From Candidatus Latescibacterota bacterium (GTDB lineage Bacteria; Latescibacterota; UBA2968), in assembly GCA_965198115.1 (NCBI GenBank), contig OZ240241.1, positions 5,760,001-5,824,000 on the forward strand: a stretch of DNA of 64,000 bases, written 5' to 3'. Below the pieces are notes generated by a model. That model was not told the origin of the DNA. It was given only the letters and a program-made list of their open reading frames with translations, and ran no database searches. The position numbers were made by a program, and so were the translations under genes. How positions within the stretch are numbered: the stretch's first letter is position 1; every line of letters begins with the position of its first letter. Shown here in pieces: positions 45,042-54,020 of this stretch.

Positions 45042-45977
45042 CTATCCTGCAACTTTCTCGAAGACGCGCAGCCAATTACCGCCCAAGATCATCTCGATTT
45101 CGTGAGCCTGGTATCCCTTGTCCAATAAGGCAGCGGTCACGACCGGCAGGTCCGAGATGTCACTCATGAAGTGGTGTGGGATCATCTCGAAGCCATCCCA
45201 ATCACTGCCCAGGGCCACGTGTTCGGGTCCGACAAGGGCGGCGATGTGGTCGATGTGTGCGACGAATCCATCGATCGACGCGTCGTTGGGATCGTCTGTG
45301 ATGAACTTGGGTACGGGCGTCACGCCGACGAGTCCATCCGAGCGGGCGACTGCGCGTATCTGTTCGTCTGTGAGGTTCCTGGGATGGGAACAGAGCGCGG
45401 AGGCATTGGCGTGTGAAGCGACAACCGGGCCGCCGTAGAGTTCGAAAACGTCCCGGACACCGGCGGGCGCAAGATGTGAGATGTCGAGCATGATTCCGAG
45501 GCATTCGATTTCCTGCACGAGTTCCACGCCGAAAACCGTCAACCCGCCGCCACTGCGAATTTCGGATACGCCGTCGGCTGCCTGGTTGCGATCATTCCAG
45601 GTGAGGCCGCAATTTCGTAGACCGAGACGATAGAAGACGTGCAGCATCGTGAGATTGCCATTGAGGGGCTCGGCGCCCTCGATGCTGAGGATGGTCGCGA
45701 TCTTGTCCTCGGCCTTCGCTTTGCGGATGTCTTCCGCACGGGTGGCGATGGAGAAACGTTCTGGCCATCGCTCGGCGATCTGGTGGGAACGTTCGAGGAA
45801 GGGCAGGAGGTCTTTCGGCCAGCTCTGGCGGATGTGAGCGGTAATGCCGCCTGCACGCAAGATCTCGCGATCGTCGAATGCATCCTGGAGGTTTGGATAC
45901 AGACGGTCGTAGTGGCCGTCGATGACGATCGAATGGCGGTGGAGATCGAGGGCGGCTGGATCCAGGCTGTCCGTCAC
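45042..45977 (-). CDS. Membrane dipeptidase (peptidase M19) family protein
   Basis: DGHYD, SIEG, LTWN, DISH, SHAN, RNLTD, GSDWDG. Confidence 0.92.
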   Translation of the reverse strand: MTDSLDPAALDLHRHSIVIDGHYDRLYPNLQDAFDDREILRAGGITAHIRQSWPKDLLPFLERSHQIAERWPERFSIATRAEDIRKAKAEDKIATILSIEGAEPLNGNLTMLHVFYRLGLRNCGLTWNDRNQAADGVSEIRSGGGLTVFGVELVQEIECLGIMLDISHLAPAGVRDVFELYGGPVVASHANASALCSHPRNLTDEQIRAVARSDGLVGVTPVPKFITDDPNDASIDGFVAHIDHIAALVGPEHVALGSDWDGFEMIPHHFMSDISDLPVVTAALLDKGYQAHEIEMILGGNWLRVFEKVAG

Positions 45978-46774
45978 CCGACTTTCTCAGCTTCGGGCTC
46001 TTCGAAGAGAGATGGGAAGTGGCGGAGGGGATCGCCCGGGGGACGGAAGAGGATTTCCTGGCGCCAGGTGAGGTCGATGTGTTCGGGCGGCTGAACCCGG
46101 TTCTGTCGCCACGCCGTATGAGCGACGCAGTACTTGTAGAGGAGCGAGCGACGCTGGTGAGCGGCATTCCAGTCCGAGGTGCCGTGAGTGAGGGCCTCTG
46201 TAAACAGGATGGCCGATCCGGCGGGTGCCTCAGGGTGGATGACGCAAGGCCAGGTGTGAATGTCATCCTGAATGACCTGGGGCAGCTTGTAGTTGCTTTT
46301 GTGGCTACCAGGGATACAGCAGAAGCCGCCGTGATCGGGTCCCGTGTCTGCCAGGTTCCAGGAGACGACGATAAATCCTTCCAGGATCTCGTGCCGGCGC
46401 AGATGATGAAACTCACCCGGCGAGGCACCCGATGTCGGGGACGTCGCGCCATAATCGGCGTGGAGCCGACCGCGCTTCATCCCTTTCTCCTGCTGCATCC
46501 CGTATAGACGATCGAGGCGAAAGGCGTCCCCCAGTCGAAACTGCAAGACGGGCATAATGCTGACGTGGTCGAGCAGATCACAGTAGGGTTTGCCGTAATC
46601 CAGGAAGCCCGACCCATCAGGGGCGCCGCCAAATCGAGTCGATTCGCGGGGCGGCGGAAGCTCCTGGGCGTCGAAGAGTTCGTTGAGCTCGTCAACATCC
46701 TCTGAAGCGAGCGCGTTCTCGATGACGAGGTAGCCCTGGAGGTCGAAGAGGTATTTTTGGAGTTCGAGGTCCAT
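45974..46774 (-). CDS. PhyH family dioxygenase
   Basis: KYLFDLQGY, LHAD, PGSHK, TEALTHG, RRSLLYKY. Confidence 0.9.
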   Translation of the reverse strand: MDLELQKYLFDLQGYLVIENALASEDVDELNELFDAQELPPPRESTRFGGAPDGSGFLDYGKPYCDLLDHVSIMPVLQFRLGDAFRLDRLYGMQQEKGMKRGRLHADYGATSPTSGASPGEFHHLRRHEILEGFIVVSWNLADTGPDHGGFCCIPGSHKSNYKLPQVIQDDIHTWPCVIHPEAPAGSAILFTEALTHGTSDWNAAHQRRSLLYKYCVAHTAWRQNRVQPPEHIDLTWRQEILFRPPGDPLRHFPSLFEEPEAEKVG

Positions 46775-46861
46775 CGGATCATCCTCTAGAAAAACAACCA
46801 CGAAGACACGAAGGCACGAAGAAAGGCATATGCAAAGAACACCCTGCCGAATCAGGTTCGC

Positions 46862-47876
46862 TCAATCCGGATCCAAGTAACTGGGGACCACGACGGTGGA
46901 ATCAGATAGTAGGACGCGACAGGAAAATGTGAAGGCACCCCAATGGAGGCCTGGTTCCGGGTTGTCGAGGTTTACGAAGAGGATGTTTTCCCCTTTTCGC
47001 AACTCTACTTCGACGGCCCTGTATCGATAGGTTGGGGTGCCCGCCCAAATCCTGAACAGCCTCGTCATTAACGCGAATCTTCATCCCCCCGGCCCAACTC
47101 AGGTGGAGGGTGGTCGTTCCGCCTGCTGGCATCTCGAGGGCTGCTACGGTAGTCGCGTTCGCAGGCCAGGTGACGTTCGAGACGTTGCTCCTCACGTTGA
47201 AGACGTGCGAAAAGTCGATGAAGCCGTGGTGCGCCACCCGTCGGATACCCCCAGGCACGCCATCAGTGCGAGATTCGAGGACGGCGTCGCCTTCGTAGAG
47301 CGACCAGCTTCCATCATCGGGTGAAGCCTGGACGGCATCCGAAGCCTGCGATCCAATCTGGGTCAGCAGGTCGTACTTGCCCCTTTCGACCTCAACTTCT
47401 CCCATCCAGTCCCCGTACACAAGATCCTCATACGATGGCATTCGGACCGATGGACGATGTGGCTCGGTCTGATACCAGTAAGACGTCATACACATATCGT
47501 TTGCGTGGCTTCCCCACCGGAAGTGAAGGGATTTCTCGAAGGGGAGCGCATCGTGGACAAAGAACCGGTAGGCACTGAGAACGTGACGCGCGAGGGCAGG
47601 ACCAGCGTCCCGTACTCGAGGTAGGGAATACCAGCGTAGAGGTGTGTATCCGCCTGATGCCTAACCCCTCCGAAGGCCGCATCGAAGCTGTTCTCACCAC
47701 CACCGGCACGAAGGTAATGGGGAACGATGCCTGCTTCGCCGGTAGCCTCACCGTCGATGTAAAGATTCTCTGAGCCGGCGTGTGACCATCGGTGCTCGTC
47801 GGATCGCAAGCGCACCCCGATCGAAAATCCAATCAGGCGCCCACGCCCGACAGCGTCCATCACGAAGAAATCTTCA
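46862..47876 (-). pseudogene. 3' part of a DUF2961 (GH172-like) gene, frameshifted
   Basis: LYIDGE, GGENSF, then in shifted frames YRFFVHDALPFEKS and YWYQ. Confidence 0.8.
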
Positions 47877-48958
47877 CCCCAGCCGGTGGAGGGTCAGGGT
47901 TTCCTCCAGTCCTTCCTCGAGGCTTGCCACGGCAGACTGATTCATCAGCTTGAGTTCGGGTTTGAGTGATTCGAGTGCGGCCTTTGCCTCCTCGTAGGTG
48001 TCGCAGTCATAGGCTTTCTGAAGTTTCCGTCGAACTCTTGGACGTTCTGCCTCCGGGAGGTAGCTGACGACGTTCTCGCGCTTGTGCCACTGACAGCGAT
48101 GCACGCACACATCCCCTTTGAGGGCTTTGGTGACGGCACTGCGGAGTCCCTTTGAGCCGTCCAGCACAACGAGAAGGCCCTGGTCGTAGCACAGGCCTCT
48201 CCGGATGAGATCCTGGATCAGCTGACGGCAGATCCGTTCGTTCTCCGTCGCCGATTCGACGAAGCCCAGGGGGATCTTCTGGCCGTCCGTCGTGACGCCC
48301 AGAGCGATCACGATCTCTTCGTCGGCAAAGCTCTTTCCGTCGATGAACAGGGCGACCAAGTCGTAGTCGTCGAGCGGTCGTTCCTGGAACTGCTTCAGCT
48401 TCTTTGCGGTGGCTTTGATGAACCGTCGCGAGACGGAGGATGCCGAGATTCCGAACGCTTCGGGTACCGACTCTGCACAGGCTCTGTAGTTGCGACAGGA
48501 GATTCCCTTGAGCACACGAAGCAGCAGCTTCTCATCCATCGCTCTGGGCCTCTGCATCCCCCGGTATGCGGCCAGAGAAACCTCCGTATCGGACTCGACG
48601 TCGCGCACACGGGGAACGGCCACCGGCAGCTTCTGGTCCATCAGATACACGGACCCTTTCTGGCTTCCCCATCGACGATGCGACTGCTCTGAACCCTTAC
48701 GCGCATACCGAACGCCTGCGAGCTGCTCCACCTCCTGCTGGAGCACGTCGGCAACGGCCTCCAGACCCAGCGGAATCAGCGCCCGGATCACCGATAAACG
48801 CGTCTCCAAATCCATAACGTCTGACCCAACCTTGACTTCGCCATCCCCTGCAAATAGTTTCTCCATCGTGGGCTCCTTTCTTACGGGTACACGCTCTCAC
48901 ACGTCTACCCACAACGTAAGTTTGGAGCCCTTTAAGTTTCAACTAGGATAGGGACCTC
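47874..48958 (-). mobile_element. IS256-family element, 3'-truncated (transposase 47874..48866)
   Basis: FIDG, LDGSKGL, RCQWHK (CxxH); left end GAGGTCCCTATCCTAGTTGAAA; ORF stops at LTLHRLG before the expected TTNxxE motif. Confidence 0.88.
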
Positions 48959-49374
48959 ACCTCAGACAGATACTTATGCCAGTCGAGCGTGTAGATGAAT
49001 GTGGATTCTTCTAAAGCCTCGACCTCAACGCGAGCCGACCGGGCGAAGGGCATCGGGAAACAGCAGGAGAACCCTCCGCGATCCTTCACCGAGAGGAAAC
49101 AGCTGTTGATCGGGTAGTAGATTTCGTCGTTGTGGATGCCGAAGAAATCGGGCAGGGGACACTCGACGCTTGGCTCGGCTTCGTCGTCCCACCAGATGCG
49201 CAGGATGAAGTTGCGATTCTCGCCAGTGCGGCGGTGAGTGACGTAGAAGTGACGGATGCAGCCTGGGCCATCGAGTTGGGCGATGACACGTTGTTCGCCT
49301 GCTTCCATCGGGTTCTTGGCGACGACGCGTTCGTAACGGAATCTGGGAGGGAGGTTAAGGCCTTGGTCGATCAC
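48959..49374 (-). pseudogene. 5' part of the DUF2961 gene interrupted by IS256
   Basis: DGPGCIRH, LRIWWD, PSVECPLPDFFG, PMPF. Confidence 0.85.
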
Positions 49375-49416
49375 GGGAGGACTGATGAGTGCCTAATTAG
49401 AGATGACAGGGTCCAG

Positions 49417-50925
49417 TTATTCTTCCGTTTTCGTTGTTTCCCACCCGATGGGCGTCCAGTTCGAGGCATAGATCTCCTCGTTCAGGACAACTCCATCAAC
49501 GTCGTGGTGACGGAAGATGACCTGCGGGAAGCCGTACTCGCCCTGGACCGTGACGGAGAGGAAGCCGCCCACCGGGTTGATATATTTAATCATATCCAGC
49601 TCTTCATTGTTGATCTTACTCGAGTGTACGTCGGTCATCGCACCCGAGCCGAATTCGAGCACGCCAGTCGTATCTTTCGATGAAAACTGCCAATGGCGAT
49701 CTCCACAGACGACGGCCACGTTGTTCTCCGCAAGGAACGAGCGGATGATGTCGCCTTCATACTTGAAGTTGGGATTCGCGTGGTTGTCGAATTTGGTGAT
49801 GTGTTCAGGACCGACGATCGTCGAAGGACTGACCAGGATCTTGAAGGTCGCGTCTGACGCTTTGACGGTCTTCTTGAACCAGGCCATCTGTTCCTTTCCC
49901 CAAATGGTCTTCTCAGGACCGTCGGGCATCGGGTTGGGGCTGCGATAGTCACGACCTTCTGAGAACCATACTTGGAGATCCTTTCCCCATCGGGCGGTTC
50001 GGTAGGTCTTTGGCGACATCGGCAGCTGTTCCCGAAAAACGGCCTGACCGTCGGCGAGCGTGAAGTTACCCATTCGGTTGATCTGGCCCGGCCATCCGTC
50101 ATTCTGCCACGTGTCGTGATCGTCGCGCATGAAATAACTTGGGATCCGGTTGTGAAAATCAAGCACACGCGGAAGGGCGTGCATTCGATGCCAGTGGAAT
50201 CGGGCAAGGTCGATATGCGCCGCGTAGGGGAAAAGGTGATCGTAGTAAACGGCGTCGCCCGTGTGTACGAAGAAATCAGGATTCAGTCCGGCCATCACGG
50301 GGTAGATTTCGTTTCCATCCGGGTGATCCAGGTTCTTCCAACGCGTACACGACACGACGGTGAACACGATCTCCGAAGGATCACTCTTTGGCGGCGCCGT
50401 CGTGAAGCGACTCACGACGGTTGCTGAAACCGCGCCTTCCGTGCCCCGGGCGTCGACTCTGAAGTCATAGGTTGTTCCAGGCTCCAGATCCTGCAGTCCG
50501 AACTGGTAGGTATAGTCATCGTTTTCCTTAGCCGCATTCCATCCAACCACTTTCTGGTCATTCGCACCTTCTCTCCAATACGTCAACTTCACGAAACCCG
50601 GAGCGCCGGGTACGGCGTTCACCATATCTGCCAGAGCTTTCCCTTCGGGGAGTTGACGCCAATAGGGATCGTCGCTGGAGTGGTTTGGCATCTCGATCCG
50701 GTCGATGCTCGGCAGTCCATTCGCGTTGAGTGAAGTCGCAAGGTCGCCGATTTGAAAGGGAACGCCGTTGAGGTTGCGCTGGGGCAGCGCGGTCAGCCGT
50801 GACCAAATGATACCGGATGTGCTCGTGACCTCGCCGATCTTGATGCCGTTCGCCATATAGGGCTGGGCAAACGCGCCTGACACGGCAACAAGCAGAGTGG
50901 CAACTGGGAGAAGGACGTACTTCAT
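49417..50925 (-). CDS. phoD: PhoD-family alkaline phosphatase/metallophosphoesterase
   Basis: Signal peptide; VSC, GDAVYYD, DDHD, RDYR, GDRH. Confidence 0.85.
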   Translation of the reverse strand: MKYVLLPVATLLVAVSGAFAQPYMANGIKIGEVTSTSGIIWSRLTALPQRNLNGVPFQIGDLATSLNANGLPSIDRIEMPNHSSDDPYWRQLPEGKALADMVNAVPGAPGFVKLTYWREGANDQKVVGWNAAKENDDYTYQFGLQDLEPGTTYDFRVDARGTEGAVSATVVSRFTTAPPKSDPSEIVFTVVSCTRWKNLDHPDGNEIYPVMAGLNPDFFVHTGDAVYYDHLFPYAAHIDLARFHWHRMHALPRVLDFHNRIPSYFMRDDHDTWQNDGWPGQINRMGNFTLADGQAVFREQLPMSPKTYRTARWGKDLQVWFSEGRDYRSPNPMPDGPEKTIWGKEQMAWFKKTVKASDATFKILVSPSTIVGPEHITKFDNHANPNFKYEGDIIRSFLAENNVAVVCGDRHWQFSSKDTTGVLEFGSGAMTDVHSSKINNEELDMIKYINPVGGFLSVTVQGEYGFPQVIFRHHDVDGVVLNEEIYASNWTPIGWETTKTEE

Positions 50926-50968
50926 CGTACCTCGCTGGTTGAGGTGGGAGCAGCTCTGAGAAAAATGA

Positions 50969-51772
50969 TCAGCGACGCTTGTTCGGCAGGACCCACACGT
51001 CTTTGAAGAATCCTTGACGACGCTCTGAGAGCCCGCCGATGACGGTGGGATTCATACAGGGCTTCGGCTCGTGATGGCGGACGGCCTGGTGATTGTAGGC
51101 CATCAGGATCGCGCAGCGCGGGTTGGCCTCGTGCGTCCATCTCGAGCCGGTGTGCCTCACGCCTTCTGAAAAGACGACGAGGCTTCCGGGTGGGCAGCCG
51201 TAGGTCTCCCAGACACCCGAATCCGGGTCGTCCGCCTCATCGGGCCACGTCTTCGTCTGAGCAGAGCCCACGTTGGCCTTGTGTGAACCCGGAACGAGAC
51301 ACGTACCACCCTTCCCTTCCGCGACTTCGTTGAGCTCCCAGACGACGCGCGTCATTCCGCTGTAGATCCGGCCGTTGTGAAATCGGTAAGACAGGCAGGG
51401 ATCGAGGTTGGTTCCGCCCACGTGCGGTCGCCATTGTTCCGAGTCATCGCCAGCAGCCCGACGAGATACAAAGACACTCTCGAGCCTGATACGTGCCGCA
51501 TCCGGATCGATGACTTCCCGCAGGATACCCATCACACGCGGATGGTCGATCAGGGATTCCCCCGGACCGGCCATCGGGGCGCGGTGATGTTCCGGTAGGC
51601 TGTCCGGATCGTCGGAATAGACGTTGACGTGGTCGCGAACCGTCGCCGCTTCCTCCGCGGTCAGGACGCTCGGTATGACTATGAAACCCTTGAGATCGAA
51701 GAGGAATTTCTCGTAATCGGACATCGGGTGAACGGCTGCGGCATCTTCGACGGGTTGGGCGGCTACTGTCAT
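50969..51772 (-). CDS. PhyH family dioxygenase with HVG in place of HxD
   Basis: KFLFDLKGF, PHVGG, TRVVWEL, PGSHK, EGVRH. Confidence 0.85.
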   Translation of the reverse strand: MTVAAQPVEDAAAVHPMSDYEKFLFDLKGFIVIPSVLTAEEAATVRDHVNVYSDDPDSLPEHHRAPMAGPGESLIDHPRVMGILREVIDPDAARIRLESVFVSRRAAGDDSEQWRPHVGGTNLDPCLSYRFHNGRIYSGMTRVVWELNEVAEGKGGTCLVPGSHKANVGSAQTKTWPDEADDPDSGVWETYGCPPGSLVVFSEGVRHTGSRWTHEANPRCAILMAYNHQAVRHHEPKPCMNPTVIGGLSERRQGFFKDVWVLPNKRR

Positions 51773-51896
51773 TCGGTTGACTTTGTTGTTTGATGTGATG
51801 GGCGGGTTCTCGACCCTTCGGCTCCGCTCAGGACAGGCTCCCGCTCGAACTGACCGCCGCCAAGATTGGGCTGAATTGCTCGGCAGTCTGTTGCAG

Positions 51897-52730
51897 CTAC
51901 GACCAGAGATAGACTTCGGGATCGTCCTCGGATAAACCGATGAAGGAGGCGAGGACACATCGAGGTCGGGAGCCGGAGACGGACGGCACTTCGTGGATGG
52001 TTTCGCTATAAAAAAAGTAGAGATCCCCTGGCTCGAGGTGGACCTGGACGCGCTCGATACCCGTCTCTTCTGCGAATTCGTGGAAATCTCGCTGTTCGAG
52101 GTGGGCCTGGATCTCTGGCCGGATCGGCGCCCGGTAAAGGACACCTTGTCCGCTGTCGCCCTGCTGTTCGCTGTTCTGAAAACAGAGCACGCCTGCGTAC
52201 TGATGCTGGAAACGAGAGACGGCGAAGTTGTAACGTCTCGATCGCTTCGAGACCGAATCGTAATGCGGGCCGTGGCCGAGGCCCTCGTGGTAGGTCCTGA
52301 AGATCGACGGGCCATAGAGTCGGCCGTCCGGTTCCCGTGCGACCATCACCTGCTTTTCGGGCAACAGTTTCTGAAGCGTTCCGTAAAGTGTCTTGACGGG
52401 ATCTTCGTAGTCTTCGAAGAGCGTGGCGAAGAGTTCGTGTGTGCCTCGTGAATGTTCGTAGAACTCGTCGGGAACGTTCGCGTGATGACCGAGGCTCGTA
52501 CCGATGTCAACGCGGCGGGGCGTACCGTCTCCCTTTTGTCGCGGGTCATAGAGGAGGTCCCGCTCGTAGAACCGCTTCATCAGGGCGGCACAATGATCCG
52601 ACGGATAGGCTTTGCGGACGATGACGCACGGAATCTCGCTCGTCCGCAGTGCGTCCAAAGGCCGGGGCATCTGTTCGAGGATTTCCTCGACGGTACCCTC
52701 TACGGGAGTCCAGGTTGTGGTGGTAGACAT
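51897..52730 (-). CDS. Fe(II)/2OG oxygenase-like protein
   Basis: PHYD...PGDLYFF...HEV...R. Confidence 0.75.
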   Translation of the reverse strand: MSTTTTWTPVEGTVEEILEQMPRPLDALRTSEIPCVIVRKAYPSDHCAALMKRFYERDLLYDPRQKGDGTPRRVDIGTSLGHHANVPDEFYEHSRGTHELFATLFEDYEDPVKTLYGTLQKLLPEKQVMVAREPDGRLYGPSIFRTYHEGLGHGPHYDSVSKRSRRYNFAVSRFQHQYAGVLCFQNSEQQGDSGQGVLYRAPIRPEIQAHLEQRDFHEFAEETGIERVQVHLEPGDLYFFYSETIHEVPSVSGSRPRCVLASFIGLSEDDPEVYLWS

Positions 52731-52758
52731 TCAGGTAACCCTTTGAATCGAGAATCGA

Positions 52759-52786
52759 TCCGCCTTCGCCAAGGCTACGGCGGACA
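52759..52786 (+). repeat. Family H hairpin micro-element TCCGCCTTCGCCAAGGCTACGGCGGACA; reverse variant at 62339-62370
   Basis: CCGCCTTC...GGCTACGGCGG shared by both copies. Confidence 0.75.
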
Positions 52787-52815
52787 GAGGATCGAGAATT
52801 GAACTGCGGCTATGG

Positions 52816-53706
52816 TCATTGCTTGCTCTGAACGCGGATTTTGTGTGGTGATGGTAAAGTTGTATTGATCGGAAGGTTCTCTGGATAGCCGTACGGAAGA
52901 TCGTTTCGGTGCGCAGGGAGCGGCCAACTCTGCCCACCCAGGTTATGATAGGCTTCGTGCTTGCCACATAACCACAAGAACTTCTCCGCGACTTTCGCGT
53001 GGGTCCGGAACTGCTCCATATGGGGGCTCAAGGTACTTCCATAGTCCGCCCGTGCGAAGTCGAAATCATCCTCGACGATCCAATCTCTCTGGGGTTGTTC
53101 GGTCCGCCAGTAACAGTACTTCAGCATATTCCGTACATCATCCTTCGTTTTTCGACCCCGTCTGTGCCAGATCGAGTAATCGGTGATGAAGATCGTTCCT
53201 GCCGGCGATTCGAGCGGTAGCGACCCGCGGATGGCGTTGAGATGACTCATGAATCGTGCTCGGTTGTGTATCACGTGCGATCCGGGCAGGATTTCTGTCG
53301 GGCCCATTTCGCGTGGTGTGTGTTGCGGATAGTAGAAGACCTGGAGGTAGTTGACTTCAGGATTGAATTTCGAGTTTCCGTCGACGTGCCAGCCGTCCAG
53401 ACCCTCGACCTGCCCGACCGTTCGGTGGTTACTCATCAGGATGGGCAGATGGAAGTTCCTGCTCAGTAGACAGCGTACGGCGCCAGCAGCAGCCTGATTC
53501 AGAATGACGTTGTCGATGAACCAGTCTGCCTCGAGGATGCCGGTCGGCTCGTAGTGACCGTCCCGATCGCAGTGCTCCATTGCCCGTCTGTTCGTGTCAT
53601 CGTCGACAACGCCGGGCAGATAGACATAGCCTGTGCGGCAGAACTCGAGGACCTGTGAGTCCTTCAGTGTAGGGGCGCAGTCGTGGGTTTCGGGCTTCGT
53701 GGGCAT
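52816..53706 (-). CDS. PhyH family dioxygenase
   Basis: WHVD, YYPQ, PGSH, WHRR. Confidence 0.88.
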   Translation of the reverse strand: MPTKPETHDCAPTLKDSQVLEFCRTGYVYLPGVVDDDTNRRAMEHCDRDGHYEPTGILEADWFIDNVILNQAAAGAVRCLLSRNFHLPILMSNHRTVGQVEGLDGWHVDGNSKFNPEVNYLQVFYYPQHTPREMGPTEILPGSHVIHNRARFMSHLNAIRGSLPLESPAGTIFITDYSIWHRRGRKTKDDVRNMLKYCYWRTEQPQRDWIVEDDFDFARADYGSTLSPHMEQFRTHAKVAEKFLWLCGKHEAYHNLGGQSWPLPAHRNDLPYGYPENLPINTTLPSPHKIRVQSKQ

Positions 53707-53736
53707 CGTGACCTCAAATCTACGACTTCCGGACGT

Positions 53737-53994
53737 CTATTTGAAGCGCTCCAGGATGAACAGGTGTCCCAGTCCGTGCAGGTCTTCGTCGCTCGTGGCA
53801 ACGAGTGACATTTCTGGAAAGCAGACGATGCGCCACCCATCCTTTACGGCGTCGAGCACCGTTTGGTAGGGCCATTCGTCCGCGTTCTCCGGGACCGGCG
53901 TCTGCTCGCCGCCCTCCATCAGCGTCATCGCGATGACCTGGCTCGTGGGCGAGAAAGTGCTCGCGTGGAGGTAGAGAAGATCCTGTATAGACAT
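53737..53994 (-). CDS. Small hypothetical protein
   Basis: 85-aa ORF co-oriented inside the operon; YQTVLDAVKDGWRIV, FILER. Confidence 0.7.
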   Translation of the reverse strand: MSIQDLLYLHASTFSPTSQVIAMTLMEGGEQTPVPENADEWPYQTVLDAVKDGWRIVCFPEMSLVATSDEDLHGLGHLFILERFK

Positions 53995-54020
53995 TGAAAA
54001 ATGAAGATTGAAAATTGTGG

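Noticed and set aside
51773-52315. N-terminal extension of the 448-aa ORF 50969..52315
   Set aside because: Overlaps the upstream oxygenase in another frame and crosses repeat DNA; the start near 51772 is more plausible
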